From Adineta vaga (lineage: Eukaryota > Animalia > Rotifera), in the NCBI GenBank assembly GCA_021613535.1, contig CP075493.1, positions 3,596,001 through 3,660,000 on the forward strand: a stretch of 64,000 bases of DNA, given 5' to 3'. Position numbers and translations under genes: made by a program. This document shows, one piece after another, positions 1 through 13,307 of this stretch (position 1 is its first letter; each line of letters begins with the position of its first letter). The notes beneath the pieces are model-generated. The model searched no databases and was not told where the DNA came from. It saw only the letters and a program-made list of their open reading frames with translations.

Positions 1-2102
1 CGAAATCTATCTAATATTTTCAAAAAACAAAACTTTACTTCGTCTTCGTCGCTCTTCCTCTTCTTCTTCTTCAAGTCTTTTTCGTCTTCGTCGTTCTTCT
101 TCATTTTCTTCCTCTAATCTTCGTTTTCGTTCTTCTTCTTCTTCTCGTTTTCGTCGTTCTTCTTCTTCCTCTAATTTTCGTCGTCGTTCCTCTTCTTCTT
201 CTCTTCGTTTTCGATCTTCATCCTTTTCACGTCTTCGTCGCTCTTCTTCTTCTTCTTTTCGTCGTTGTCGCTCTAAATCTTCGATTTGTCGTAGACGATC
301 CGCTTCAGCACGTCTTCGTAGTCGTTCCGCATCTTCTTCTTTTCGTAATCGTTCGATTTCCTCACGTTTTTTCAAACGTTCTGCCTCATCTTCATTTCGT
401 TGTCGTGCTAATTCGTCTTGTCGTCGTCTTCGTTCCGCTTCATCGGCTTGTCGTTGTCGTTCTAATTCTTCTTCTCTTCGTTTTCTTTCAGCTTCTTCTT
501 CTAATAATAATAATCGTCGACGTTCTGCCTCTTCTTCTTGTTGTTTTCGTAAAGCTTCCTCTGCTAATTGTCTAGCCAGTTGTTGTTCATATTGCAACTG
601 CTTAAGACGTTCACGTTCTTCTTCAGCTCTACGTCGTGCTAATTCTGCACATCTCGTAAACGTTTTTCTTCGATTTGTTGTAATAAATCTTGTCGATATC
701 TTTCTTGACGTCTGACTTGTTCTTCGGTTTTAAATGTACCATAGATGCCATTGAATATTGATCCACGTGCATAAGTTGGTGACGGTGGACGATTCTGAAA
801 AAGAACGATTTCTGTTGCATTGAAATAAAACATATTTTGTTTAAACGAAAAAAAGGAGAAATCAAGTACTAAAACGATAAAAGATTATATTCAATTACTG
901 GATCTCGTGGTGTTCGAGGTGATTGAAATTGTTGTGGCTCTGGTGCTCTTCTTGTTGTTGTACTGAAGTTTTCTGTACTTCTTGTTGTTTGTTGACCTAT
1001 TTGTAAATTATCAATCGGCCGTGGAGTCATTTGTTTAATTGGTATAGTCATATTAGATGTACCACCATTGACAATGACACGTCCACCAGTATGTGGAACA
1101 GGTGGTCGCTCAAGAATTTGAGCTAATTCATAATCAACAGCTACTCGTTGATTTAATCGTTCGGCAAGTAATGCATTTAATGCATTTAAATCTTGAGTAT
1201 ATCGTGCACGTGTTTCACTTGTTGAATTATGAACCGTGAGTTTTCGACTTTCTAAAAATTGAAAATAATATCTTTTTTACGATGATAGAAAATCTAAGAC
1301 TATACCAGTTTCTAATTGTCTAATTCGTGCTTCTAATTCATAAATTTGTTCATATAATTCTAAAATATATTCTTCACGATCACGAATATATTGTTCACTA
1401 TGTTGTTGTACTAAACGTGCTCGTGCTCGATTCCCTGCTAATTCAGATGTTACTGTTGATGATAAATCATTCATACTATGAACATTATGTATACTTGTAC
1501 CGGACGAAACATCACTCATACTTTGAGAATTCTGCATTCCTCTCGATGATGAAATATCATTCATACTATGAGCATTGTGTATTTTGCGTTGATCTTGAGA
1601 TCCACCGATAGTTTGTCCTTGTTGAAATTGTACACGTCGCGTAACATTACCACGTGGTGTATTCATCTGTTGAGCTTTTCTTCTTGCCATATTATGTAGT
1701 GATTGTAAATATTCATTATATTCACGTTTTAAATCATTATTTAGACGAGCACGTACTTGATCATGTTGACCGAAACGATCGAAAAAAGCGAAATAACTTT
1801 TCGTTTGTTCATCTGTTGAAAATGGTTGTTCTTGTTGATATTCCATTGTAGAATTGTTAGGGAAATAGGAAGATTGTTGAAATTGAAAATAAGATGATCC
1901 ATCACCAAATGGTTCTTCCTTATTATTTGATTGATTACTTGGTTGACCTGCGGTAGGCGGAGGAGGTGGATGAGGCGAAAGCGGGGGTTACCATTGCTTG
2001 TGGTTCTTGCTGTTGATTTCCCTGTGGTCGACCTGACGGTTTGTTCATTCTAGACCTCTCATTCTCAATAAAGTGGTCAATATCTTGTGAAGCAGTGGTC
2101 AT
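1..2102 (-). CDS. CSPP1: CSPP1-like centrosome/cilia coiled-coil protein, multi-exon, 3' end runs off the window
   Basis: ATG at 2102 gives MTTASQDIDHFIENERSRM, resembling the CSPP1 N-terminus as I recall it (DxxDxFIExxKxR). It also has LKREYNEYL and YARGSIFNG...QERYRQDLLQQIEEKR motifs and a long E/R-rich helical tail (ORF 7-597). Short GT-AG introns. Apparent frameshift near 1983-1987. Confidence 0.6.
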
Positions 2103-4065
2103 TACGATTGTTGTCTTTCCTATGTATGCATGACCGATGTCGAGTTGATGATGCCGATAAACAATTTAGAATGGTAAGAAATTTTTAAATTCTGTCGTAG
2201 ATTACAGTTAAAAACATATTCACCTTTTGTCTCTTGAAAATCAATCATATTACCTTGGATACGAAAAAGAAAAGCAATTCAAAAGAAAAAAAAAAGAAAG
2301 TTTTAAAAGTAAATGGTAATTATCGCATTCTACAGGAAAGAAATAGATAAACATCATAATATTGATTTTAAATCCTCGTCGAAAAGTTTTTTACTTAGTT
2401 CAAAATAATAAAAAACGTAGAGAATGATCTGTATTTTCATATGCTAATTGTATTTTTTGACAGGTATTTATTTTATTCTTGAATTGAGTCAAGTGATTAT
2501 AGAGAACGAAAAGTTTATTACAATCAGAATTTAAGATAAGATGGGTGTGGATAGAAATCTTCGATCATCAAGAATAATCTATATCCTATATAACTTGATC
2601 AGACAAAGCAGTATATTAGAAAGATTATTTCTAATCTCGATTGAATGATAATGAACGTTAGATCAATGAATTATTTTAGTGTTCATTTAATGATTTAATT
2701 TATCGTCATCGAATTCGAAGGTATGTTATATTCAAATCAATAGATGTCACTAGTGTTTATCCGGATAATTGTCAATCATTACAACGTCATCGATTAAATT
2801 TTCTTTCTTTTCGAATATTTTCAATAATAAAATCTCAATGGAGGATATTTCATATCATTCTAATTGCTTAAAAATACCCATTGGTCACACCTTCATTTTA
2901 ACTTTGTTTATTTTATTTCATAATAGATCTCTTTATTTTCATTATTTTAACACTGTTTGTATGTCAACAGCGAATTAGTTTTAATATAATTATTTATTTG
3001 ATATCAAGTAAGTGTTTATCTTGAAATCAAGGAAATTTATTTTTATCCATGTACAGATTAATGATTATTTTGCGAAGAGAATTATCAAAGAATTGACCAT
3101 TGATGATGCAGTAAAAGGTTTGAGATAACTAATACAATCGTTGATTCTTTAATGCATCTTTTTGTTTATAATTCTGCCGCTGTTCTTGAATGTTTTGATC
3201 GTGCAGGCATATGTAAACAGAAGATAAAGATGTAAAATTAAAATGCGACTTTGTGCGAGAGGTACCATTCGAAAAGCTTTATCGATGGTGACTTTGAAAA
3301 GACGCGATAGAACTATTGCAACGATGGTATTATTTTATCAATAACTGAAAACAAAATCGATCTATTCTGAGGTCAATTCTTATCGAGAATTCATAACAAC
3401 GAAGAGTGTATTTTTCTCTATAACACATTGACCAAATGTTTTGTCAAGGTCATTTCGTATATAGTTTGACAGTTTATTTAATATGTTTTCATATATTTGT
3501 TTTCTATTTGCAAAGAAAAAGAACAAAACTGTAATATGTATTGTCAATAATATATACATAACGAGTTTCTTTCTATCATATAGACAAAGACAGTGTCGAT
3601 AGATCGACATGCAATAGAAAAAAAAGGCAGAGAGATGAAATGGTATCGATGATAAACATTATCTTTCTCAACAAATTTTAACATCAAAGTAAATCAATAC
3701 ATAACAAACATCCCATTGTTCAATAAATCACGCATTGAATGCGTGTTATATATTTAACTAAACATTTCTTTTAAAGTTAGTCTTGTAGATTTCTTTTTCT
3801 CTTTCATTTGTTTGTCTTATCTCTCGGCTTTTTTCTTTCGTTCTTACGTTAACTGAATCAATAAGACATACCAGTAGTATATCACGCATCAAGTGCATGA
3901 TCAGTTAGCAATGGCATTGATAATAATAAGAAGAAGAATAGTCATAAACATCGTTTCAAAATATTTCATTGTCTTTTAGTGCAACGTGCGGTAATCAATA
4001 GTGAATTTGACGAACGAGTAACAATTATAAAGTGTGAAAATAATGAGGATTGTCTTGAACATGAT

Positions 4066-6478
4066 ATGCAACGAATATCAACAACGATGGCGTTAGGAAT
4101 AAATTCAATGAATAATAATACATTTGGAAGTAATAATGAATTACTAGATTGTGTTGTTTGTGGAGATCGTGCAACAGGTAAATCAATGGAAAACAAAACA
4201 TATTTCATTCTTACATTTTACTTTAGGTAAACATTATGGAGCGATATCATGTGATGGTTGTAAAGGATTTTTTCGACGAAGTGTGAGAAAAACTCCAACT
4301 TATGAATGTCGACATCAAAATAGTTGTACGATTGATAAAGATAAACGAAATCAATGTCGACATTGTCGATGGAAGTATGGAATATAGTTTTTGTCAATCT
4401 ATTTTTTTTTATTTTGAAATAAATTCACTTATTGTAGAAAATGTATTCGAATGGGTATGAAAAAAGATGGTAAGAATTTTGTTTGTTTTGCATATAGAAG
4501 ATAAAATGTTTTCGATTCAAATATTTTTAGCTGTACAAAAAGAAAGAGATCGTCTTGGACGATCAAGTACAATCAAATCTTTAAAACGTGTTAATACTAA
4601 TTATGAAGATGACGATGATGATCTTAGTATTATGGCACTCTTAAGAGCAGAACTAACAGCAAAAGAAGTATGAAACAAATTTATAAAAGTTTTTTTTGTT
4701 GTATGAAAGAAAAAGCTTTTCTTGTCGTTTGTAGTATATTGGACGCCATATTCAACTAGATCGATATCCCTCGAATACAGAACGTGTACAAGCAACTTTA
4801 GAGACAATTGGTATATCAATGAATTATCAACTTCGAAGTTTAATCGAATGGGCCAAAGATCTCAAGGGTTTCATTGATTTATCTGATAATGATAAAGTAA
4901 TTTGATTTGATCATAAGACGAAAAGAATGAAAAGAAAATTTCAATGAAATTTATTTAGATTGCACTTTTACGTGGTCATACAGGTGAAAATCTGGTCTTA
5001 GGTGTTGCTTGTCGTTCATTAAACTGTGATGATTATTTACTTCTTGGTAATCATTATGTTATTCCTCGTTTAACATCTGATCCTGGTTTGACACGTGCAG
5101 CAGGAAGAATTCTTAATGAAATTGTTAAACCATTAAAAGATATTCAATTAGATGAAAAAGAATATGCTTGTTTAAAAGCAATTGTTTTCTTCGATAATGG
5201 TTTGTATTTTATCGACAAATGAAGAGATCGAAGAAGAAAAACTCTTATCATTTCATTTATTCTTTGTAGATAACAAATCACTCGCAGATCCAATGCGTGT
5301 AAAAGAATTACGTAAACGTGTTCAAGTTAATCTTGAAACTTATATAAATCAACAAAAACCAGTCATGCGTGGACGATTTGGTGAATTATTATTATTACTT
5401 CCACCTTTACAAAATATAGCTCGTCTTATGGTGGATCTTGTTGCACGTTACAATCAAGATACAAAACAAGTAGATGATCTTATCAATGAAATGCTTTTAA
5501 GTAAGTCATAAGCGAAAATGAAAAACAAAGACGTGTTGTTGTTGTTTTTTCCCCTCGCATTTGATCGAAAGAAATAAGTTTATCGCAAAAAATTGTAGTT
5601 TCGTAAGTTCAGATAGATATCGTGATGATTGTCAAGATTCAATGATAACGACAACAACAAATACAATTCAGATGATAACAACAACGACATCATCACCGAG
5701 TAATTCAAGTAAGAATGATGATATGATATATAAATCTATTAACATAAACACAATCCATAATACAATGCACGTTCGAAACTAATGATTCCTTTCTTTTTTT
5801 GCATGTTTGTATGTTTTTTTTATCAAAATATGAAAGAGTATTGTTACTGTTTTTAGCTAACATATAATTATTAAACATTCTAGAAATAACTTTTGACATT
5901 CTTATTCTGTTTTTTTTATATATTTAGTTTCAAAAGAAAATGATCTTGATTCCAATGGTTCATCACTTGATACCGATATGGAAGATAGTACATCCCAATC
6001 ACAAGATAGTCAACAATATCCTGATCCATCTTTAGCAACACCCGTTCCAACTTCAATTATGTTTCATCCTCATGATATCTCCCATATTCAACTTTTACAA
6101 ATGAATTCAATTATCGATCCAAATTTAAATCATCATAATACTACTTTAGTTTCAAATTCAATTAATACTGATCTACATGATTATCATCATGGGCAAATTT
6201 TACAATTTTTGACGGATTCATCCACTGATCGATTACGAACAGTTAAACGTTCAAAAGCGATTACAACTCCTGTTTCATCATCAACCAATGATCCTAATGG
6301 TGATATGAATTTCTTATGTGAACTCGTTACTCCACCAGCTAATCAACGACAATTACATTTTTCGAATATTCTGTCCGATAATGATTGGCATAGTCGAATA
6401 GGATTAACGAATCCAACATCATCACATCCGATTGATACATCCAAACACATACATGAACAACGAAATATTCTACAATAA
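4066..6478 (+). CDS. HNF4: Nuclear receptor HNF4 (NR2A), multi-exon; start codon uncertain
   Basis: The spliced DBD reads [31 protein letters not shown]...[38 protein letters not shown] segments: [38 protein letters not shown] and [15 protein letters not shown]. The last exon (from 5928) continues in frame into ORF 5978-6478. Confidence 0.93.
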
Positions 6479-6683
6479 GATTTTATATCATCATGTACAT
6501 CTTTATTTATATGTACAAAAAAAAACAGAGTCAATCTTTCTCATGTTCCTTTCTTTTGTTCTCATCTGTCTTTCTACGATATCGTCATCATTATAAGAAA
6601 ACAAAAACAAGCAATAAGATACTTTTTAAACAGTTATATATTTGTTGAGTTTTGTTTTTTCTTCTTCATCTTTTTATTGTCAA

Positions 6684-6710
6684 CATTATTATTATTATTA
6701 TTATTATTAT
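6684..6710. repeat. (ATT)n microsatellite
   Basis: Direct run attattattattattattattattat. Confidence 0.8.
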
Positions 6711-7171
6711 CTTTTTTTCGTATTTGGATTTTTTAGGCAGATTTATTAGAGTGTGAGCGTTGTATTTTTTATTTACGTATATGTGTAAAGACGATTTGAT
6801 TTCATATCATGGGTATCTGCTTCATCAGTGTATATTTATAGACTTAAAAGAGAATCAAGATACACAATTTATCTGTATAAATGAAAGATTTAGAAAAAAA
6901 ACAGGAGAAAAGTGTGTGAATTCACACAAGTATTGATCATATTTGTCTTCTATTTAGTTCAAAACATGGAGAACAAGCAAAAGAAAAAATACAAGCGTTG
7001 TCCTTCTATCCTTCCTCAAACTATACATTCATCGTCGGCGATGATTTTTTTTCATTGTACGATGGTCAAACATACCTTCGTCTCATTTTTCTTCTTCTCT
7101 GTCATTCGTACATTCGTTGTTGACCCTTTCCTTCACATTGGCTATAATTCGTTGATTATCTTTTACAGAAC

Positions 7172-7802
7172 ATGACTTGTTTCAAGGTCATCGAAGGTAT
7201 TTTCTATTGATTTGACTATTTTTTTCACTAGGAAATATCTTTATTTAGGACTTTTTCTATTTCATCTAATACTTGTCTGTTATGGTCAGTTTTTAACACC
7301 AGATCAACTACGAGAACAATATGAACTTGGTTATGGAGCACGAACGCATTATGAAATGTCCGGTAGTCGACGAACAGATATGTTCAATCGTATGAATCCT
7401 GATTACTTACTTCGAGGTTATCCATTTCGTTTTCGCTAACAAGAAAAGAAACATATATATTTTTCTATCTTTGAAATAGGTTTCTTTCCATTCTGGTCAA
7501 TGGTACTCATTGGTTTTGCACTCGTCTTTTTGATCTTAGCCGTTTTTGGTTTGATCGGTTATATGTTAGGCTGTCGTCGGCCAACATTAGAAGAACTATA
7601 TGCCGATGAATTTGATCAATTAACTCCAGATGATGAATTTCTATTAGGTGGAGGAGGTCTTTCTCATCTGAATGATACAAAAATTTCCATGCCAATTTCG
7701 TCAAACGGATATTTTGATATTCAACCAAAAGAGTTTCGTTATGAACCATTGCCACCAATTGAACGAACACGTATAGGACAAAGTCATGAAGATATGGTGT
7801 AA
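7172..7802 (+). CDS. Small type I membrane protein of unknown function (3 exons)
   Basis: Spliced product MTCFKVIEG-LFLFHLILVCYG (signal-like), a short ectodomain, a hydrophobic TM segment (MVLIGFALVFLILAVFGLIGYMLG) followed by CRR, and an acidic tail. Canonical GT-AG introns keep the frame. Confidence 0.7.
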
Positions 7803-8095
7803 ATCAATTGTTAATTAATTTTATCATTTTGTAAAAAAAAATAAATACGTGCATAATCTTTGAAATTATTTACGAAGCAAAAAAGTTGAATGTTCGAAAT
7901 GCGTCATATAACGACCTCAAATGAGTTCAATTCAAGTTTGAATGCTTATTTATGAGAATAAGGAAAAATATGAATAGATTAATTGAATTTTATTTTAAAT
8001 CAATTCTCACAAATTCTTTATGAACTTTGCATTCACACTTTATCAATTCATAAATATAAATAGTTCTTTCGAAATTAAAAAATTTCTTTTCTTTC

Positions 8096-8713
8096 TTAGT
8101 TGAATCCTGTTATTTGTGGATATTGCGTTGGTTGTCTTGTTGGTGGTTGTAATTCTTTAACTACTTTACAAGGATTTCCAACAGCTACAACATTTGCTGG
8201 TATATCCTTAACAACAACACTACCAGCACCAATAACACTATTATCACCAATGGTTACACCAGCAACAATAATAGCACCACCTCCAATCCATACATTATTT
8301 CCAATGCGAATAGATTTTCCATATTCGACTGCAGAAAGTCGTTGTTGAGGATCAGTTGGATGTGTAGCACCATAAAATTTCACATCCGGACCTATCAATA
8401 CAAAATCTCCCACATAAACTGGACAAATATCTAGTATAACTAAATTATAATTTGCAAATGAATTTTCACCCCAATAAATATTATAACCATAATCACATTG
8501 AAATGGTCTTTCAATAACTGAATTTGTTCCAAATTTACCAAATATTTTTTGTAACATTTCATTTCGTTTTTTCTCTTCACTTGGACGAGTAGAATTATAT
8601 TCATAAATGAAATCTTTACAAATGGCCCGTTCATTTAATAATTCTGGCGTAAATGCATTATATAATTCGCCAGCAAGCATTTTCTCTTTCTCACTACGTG
8701 TATCAGTCGACAT
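8096..8713 (-). CDS. maa: Maltose/galactoside O-acetyltransferase (Mac domain + left-handed beta-helix), intronless, non-metazoan type
   Basis: EKEKMLAGELY N-terminal Mac motif, PFQCDYGYNI, ATHP (catalytic His), hexapeptide repeats IGNNVWIGGGAIIVAGVTIGDNSVIGAGSVVVKDIP, AVGNPC. Confidence 0.92.
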   Translation of the reverse strand: MSTDTRSEKEKMLAGELYNAFTPELLNERAICKDFIYEYNSTRPSEEKKRNEMLQKIFGKFGTNSVIERPFQCDYGYNIYWGENSFANYNLVILDICPVYVGDFVLIGPDVKFYGATHPTDPQQRLSAVEYGKSIRIGNNVWIGGGAIIVAGVTIGDNSVIGAGSVVVKDIPANVVAVGNPCKVVKELQPPTRQPTQYPQITGFN

Positions 8714-9614
8714 CGGACAAATTTAAATCAATCTAAAATCATACAGAAAAATATTTAAAATACTCTATGTCTCTCGACATAAGTGTTATTGACCTACAAA
8801 AAGACATAAAAGTTCTATTTATACTGATTCAAACAAAAAATATGTACGTGTGGTGCAGTGCAAAATACAGATTGGAGGGTTAACAGAATCCAATCGATAT
8901 TTCATAAATATCTAAGTCGCTATTTTACTGTCATATGAAATTTGTATTTGTTGATACTTTCATTTGTTTTCTCACTCGTGTATATGAGGCAATGATTCAG
9001 ACTTGAAATGATTGTATTGTCTGCAAGGAAAAGGATCAATTATCATTGTAATTTCAATGAAGTTCTACAAGAAAATACTCGACAATGCACTAGTGCAATC
9101 TTTCGCTCATTATAGTTGCGTGATTCTTAGAATACATTTTTTATCATTGGTTCTCCGTAGATGAATCATATATGTTGTTCTTAGATTTTGTCACTGACGA
9201 TAACAACAACAACAACTCGATAGATGTTCGAATTTCTTTCTAAGAATATCGATAATTGACATTTCATTTACTTTATATAGCGTAAGAAAAGTATGATAAT
9301 GGAATTGGAATAAGTGTTTATGTAAGACGAACATAATATGGTAAAAAATTACTGACATAAGCTGAATTTAATGCAATAGCATTCTCTGTAAGAACATCTG
9401 ATCTAAGTTATAAAGATCAATTATATTCATATCACAATATTGTACAAACAATAACGATTGATTTATTAAAAACTCTTATTTGAACATGAAAACACGAATT
9501 TAATGTAACATTTTTTTGTATATTTCTTTTAAACAGAGAAAAAACCTCTCTATTATTTAAAACGTTTTATTTCTTTCTAATTTTATGTTTTTATCTCTTG
9601 TGAATAAAATAGAT

Positions 9615-11008
9615 ATGAACAATAATTCTTCCAATAATAAAAATGATGTTGATGATGAATCATCCAATATTGTTAATGTTCATGATCCATTCTTTCTCTG
9701 GGGTTTACTTGAACATTCTGATCAATCATTAATTCGCATATATGATACACTTTCTGACCCCGATCGTAGTCGACTATATTGGTCGTGTTATTATTACAAA
9801 CGTCTGCCAGTTTGCGAATATATTTTAAACAATTGTTCATTAGTTCGAACAGCCGATGAAGCAATTAAAAAGCTCTCTGAATTGACAAAACTTAATGGAA
9901 ATAATGAACCAGATTTGAAACAAATTCCCGTACCATTTATGTTACCAACATCACCAGATTTTGTTGTTAAAGAAGTACGTGATGGATCATTTATTCCATC
10001 TAAAGGCAAACCTTTGAAATTCACAGTTGTTAGTGAAGATAATCAAACAAAAACGTAAGAAAAAAATTGCTATTTATAAAGTTATTCAGATGATTATTGT
10101 AGATGCATTTATAAACATGGCGATGAATTATTACAAGATGCTCTATGTGTTAGTACAATGAAGGAAATAAATAGTATATTTGAAGAAGAAAATATTGATG
10201 CTGAAGTTGTTTTTTATGAAGTAAAGATAAGATTATTAATAAACGATATATATTGAACGTTGTAGGTTCTTCCTGTTGATAAAACTGAAGGGTTGATTGA
10301 ATGTGTTGAAAATGCACATTCATTTCGTGAATTTACAATGGCAGATGAAAACAATATTTCAAAATCTTCCGACGCATTGAAACAATTCGTTGAACAATCA
10401 CCAGAAAGACGAAAAAATCTAGTTCGAACATTTCTTGGTTTTGTTATTTCTGGAATTGTTTTCGACTTAGCCGATCGACATGGTAGAAAGTTCATATTTC
10501 GATGAAAAATTTGTTTGAATCTTTCATTTTGTATAGATGATAATATTATGATTACTGATGATGGTAAAATCTTACATATAGATTTTGGTTGTGCGTTTGG
10601 TCAGAAAACGAAACTAGAACGATTACTCGGTCTGTTTATGGACATTCCCAGTTCTCCATTTAGTGAAGATGTTTTTATTGGTAATTATTTTGATGAATGA
10701 ATTCGTCAGATCATTTCTTTTCTTTAGCAATCATCGGCCGAGAAGATGATAGTGAAATGATTACAAAACTATGGCAAACAATCAAAGATCGAATGTGGGT
10801 ATGTTTTAATGCAATTCGAATGCATATTAATCGATTTAAACCTGTTGGTGAAGATAATTACGAACATTTTTATGAACATTTAATGCTTGCAAAGACTGAT
10901 GAAGATGCTCGACAAGCCTTAGATGCTGAATTAGAAAAATGTTATAACAATCGATTCAATGCAGCACGTGCATTTTATTATAAAATTCAACAAAATATTG
11001 TCAGTTAA
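9615..11008 (+). CDS. Minimal PI3/PI4-kinase-family protein (~399 aa, 5 exons: 9615-10054, 10103-10220, 10266-10482, 10537-10680, 10728-11008)
   Basis: Motifs PSKGKPLKF, IYKHGDELLQD, GLIECV, LADRHDDNIMITDDGKILHIDFG. The exons sum to 1200 nt in frame. Confidence 0.85.
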
Positions 11009-12418
11009 AAATGTATTCGTTTTTTTTTAATCTTACTCATGTATTTAATCCTGCAATGATAGATTTATAATAAAAAGAACAAATACATATGTTTGTTTTC
11101 ATTTAATCTAAATAAGTAGAAAATTTCCTATCTATTTCGAAAAACTTTTTGTTTCATTAACTGTATGGCCGATGAATAATTGATCGTATTCATTTTAAAA
11201 ATTAATCAAAAGTAAGCATGTGATATTTTCATAAGTAAAGAAAAATATCATGATTAAAAAACATCACGCAACAACTTTTTATAAACTCTTCTTTTGGATC
11301 AGTTACTTTGAAAACATTCTGTTCGCTTTTCAATCACTATAGCAATGTTGTAAGAATTGTTTTTCTTCTAAAGTATATAAAAAATACAATCTCGTATTTA
11401 TTTACTAACAAACAGAAACCTTTCAATTGAGAAAAATATGAACTTAGATGACAAATGCAGATTTTGAAAGATAGTTCTTTATGTAATTCATGAGATAGTT
11501 CTAGCCGAAGTATACTCGATTGTATTTTGTTTCTCTCTCTAAATCGAAGTGTTTTTGTTACGAAATATGAAATTTAATCCGTTAATGGAAAAGAAAAGTA
11601 TAAAGATTAATTCTCAACTAACAGCTGTTATTTTTTTTTTGTTTTAATAGAAAAAGATCGTTAATGATTAAGTGCTGTGAATTACTTTCTTGTTATTCTA
11701 TAGTTCAATTATTAAGAGAAAAGTACATCTCTTTTCCAAACAAAATATATAAGAAAAATAAAAGACTATATTACGCAGTTGGCAGAATCGAAAAGTATTC
11801 ATAATATTATAAAAAAACAACAACTAAGTACGTGAAAAAGATGAGAAGAGTTTTTCGATTGAAATAACTGCAATTATTCTAGTTCAATGATAATAGTAAG
11901 TAATAAGATCTTCACATGATAAGAGAAAACTTCTCTACCTTTCTTCTTTTATTCATCATTTTGGACTGAAAATTGACATAGAAATGTTGAAGTGTATGCA
12001 TTGAATTGATTTAATACGGAATAAATTTATTCGAAAAAGTTTTTATTAAAACTTGAAGATTTGAAATCATGATCATAAACTTGTTATCAGAAGAAAACAT
12101 ATCTTCTGTCTTTTATTGTCAATATCAAGATAGTTTTCATGATGAATTATATTCGAAGGTGAAACTAACGAAGAAAGCGAGTAAAATATTGATTGTTTAT
12201 TTTCTTAAAAGCTTTTTTTTAAACTAGTTTATTTCATCTGAAATACATCCAAGGTTGAAAATCTATCTTTTAAAACATACCATAACATTTTTTCATTTGA
12301 ATAATTACTTACCATCGATCATATTTCAGGTTTCTTCTTCATTTTGTTTGAAAAGTTCATTTCAATTATTGAAATCTAAATCAAATATTTCTTAGACATT
12401 CAAGGTCATCTAGATACA

Positions 12419-12444
<26 letters not shown>
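12419..12444. repeat. (TC)n microsatellite
   Basis: Direct run of about 13 TC units. Confidence 0.85.
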
Positions 12445-12449
<5 letters not shown>

Positions 12450-13307
12450 CTTTCTTTCTTTTTCAAGAAAAATATCATATAATCGATAGTTTCCTTCCTA
12501 TTTAAAAAGAAACATGAGTAAACTTATCATTAAACAACGTATGTTTTTTTTCCACGAGTTCACCAGAACATGCACATAAAAGTTTTCTTCTTCTTTTTTT
12601 CTCTTATTAAATAGACTCAATGATCAATCGGAGTCCTATCGAATCAATTTGTTCTCTATTTATTTATAATACAGAAACATGATCAAGTACATGAACCTGA
12701 AATAAATCTATATGCAAGAATCGTTAGGTATTCAGTAAGACTTTCTTTTTTTCTCTTAAATAAAACAATCAAATTCGCTTCGATGTTATGGCAGTAAAAC
12801 GTTCTTTACTTCTTTTCTTTAATGTTCGTATTGTAGTCGCTGGTGTCGACGACGACACACACACACACACAGTTGACAACAAACATATTATGAATGTCTT
12901 TTTTTCTTAAGTATTTTACAGCGAAACAATGCCACTGATTCTCATGTCAGAAAGAAAGAAAAGCCCGAAGACAACGTTGAAGTTGGCGAGATTTTTTTTT
13001 CTTTCATTTCTTTGAGTTTTTTTCTCACTCTTAATTGTTTTCCCGTGTGTCTGTGTATCTTTAAGTTACAAGAACTCTTTCATTACTTTTTCTTTGTTAT
13101 TTCTTCTTCTCCTTTCTTTGTGCTGTTTGAAGAACAGACTGTAACGAAGAAGAAGAGGGGAGCAATGTAAGTATCGACACAATGATTAAAATGAATGAAA
13201 TAGATTAGGAAATATAAATGTTCAAAAAATGTGTCTTAGTTTTAGAAGTAAAATATTTGTATGTACATGAAATTATTAAATAGAAGATATTCACCATATA
13301 ACAGATA

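Noticed and set aside
7-620. TTC/TCG-rich repeat as satellite or mobile element
   Set aside because: It is the antisense of an E/R/K-rich coding exon.
11050-13100. Long non-coding stretches (also 2400-3500, 51400-52200, 61500-63800) as transposon remnants or ncRNA
   Set aside because: I could not see terminal repeats, target-site duplications, transposase motifs or tRNA/rRNA structure by eye; a RepeatMasker or Infernal run would be needed.
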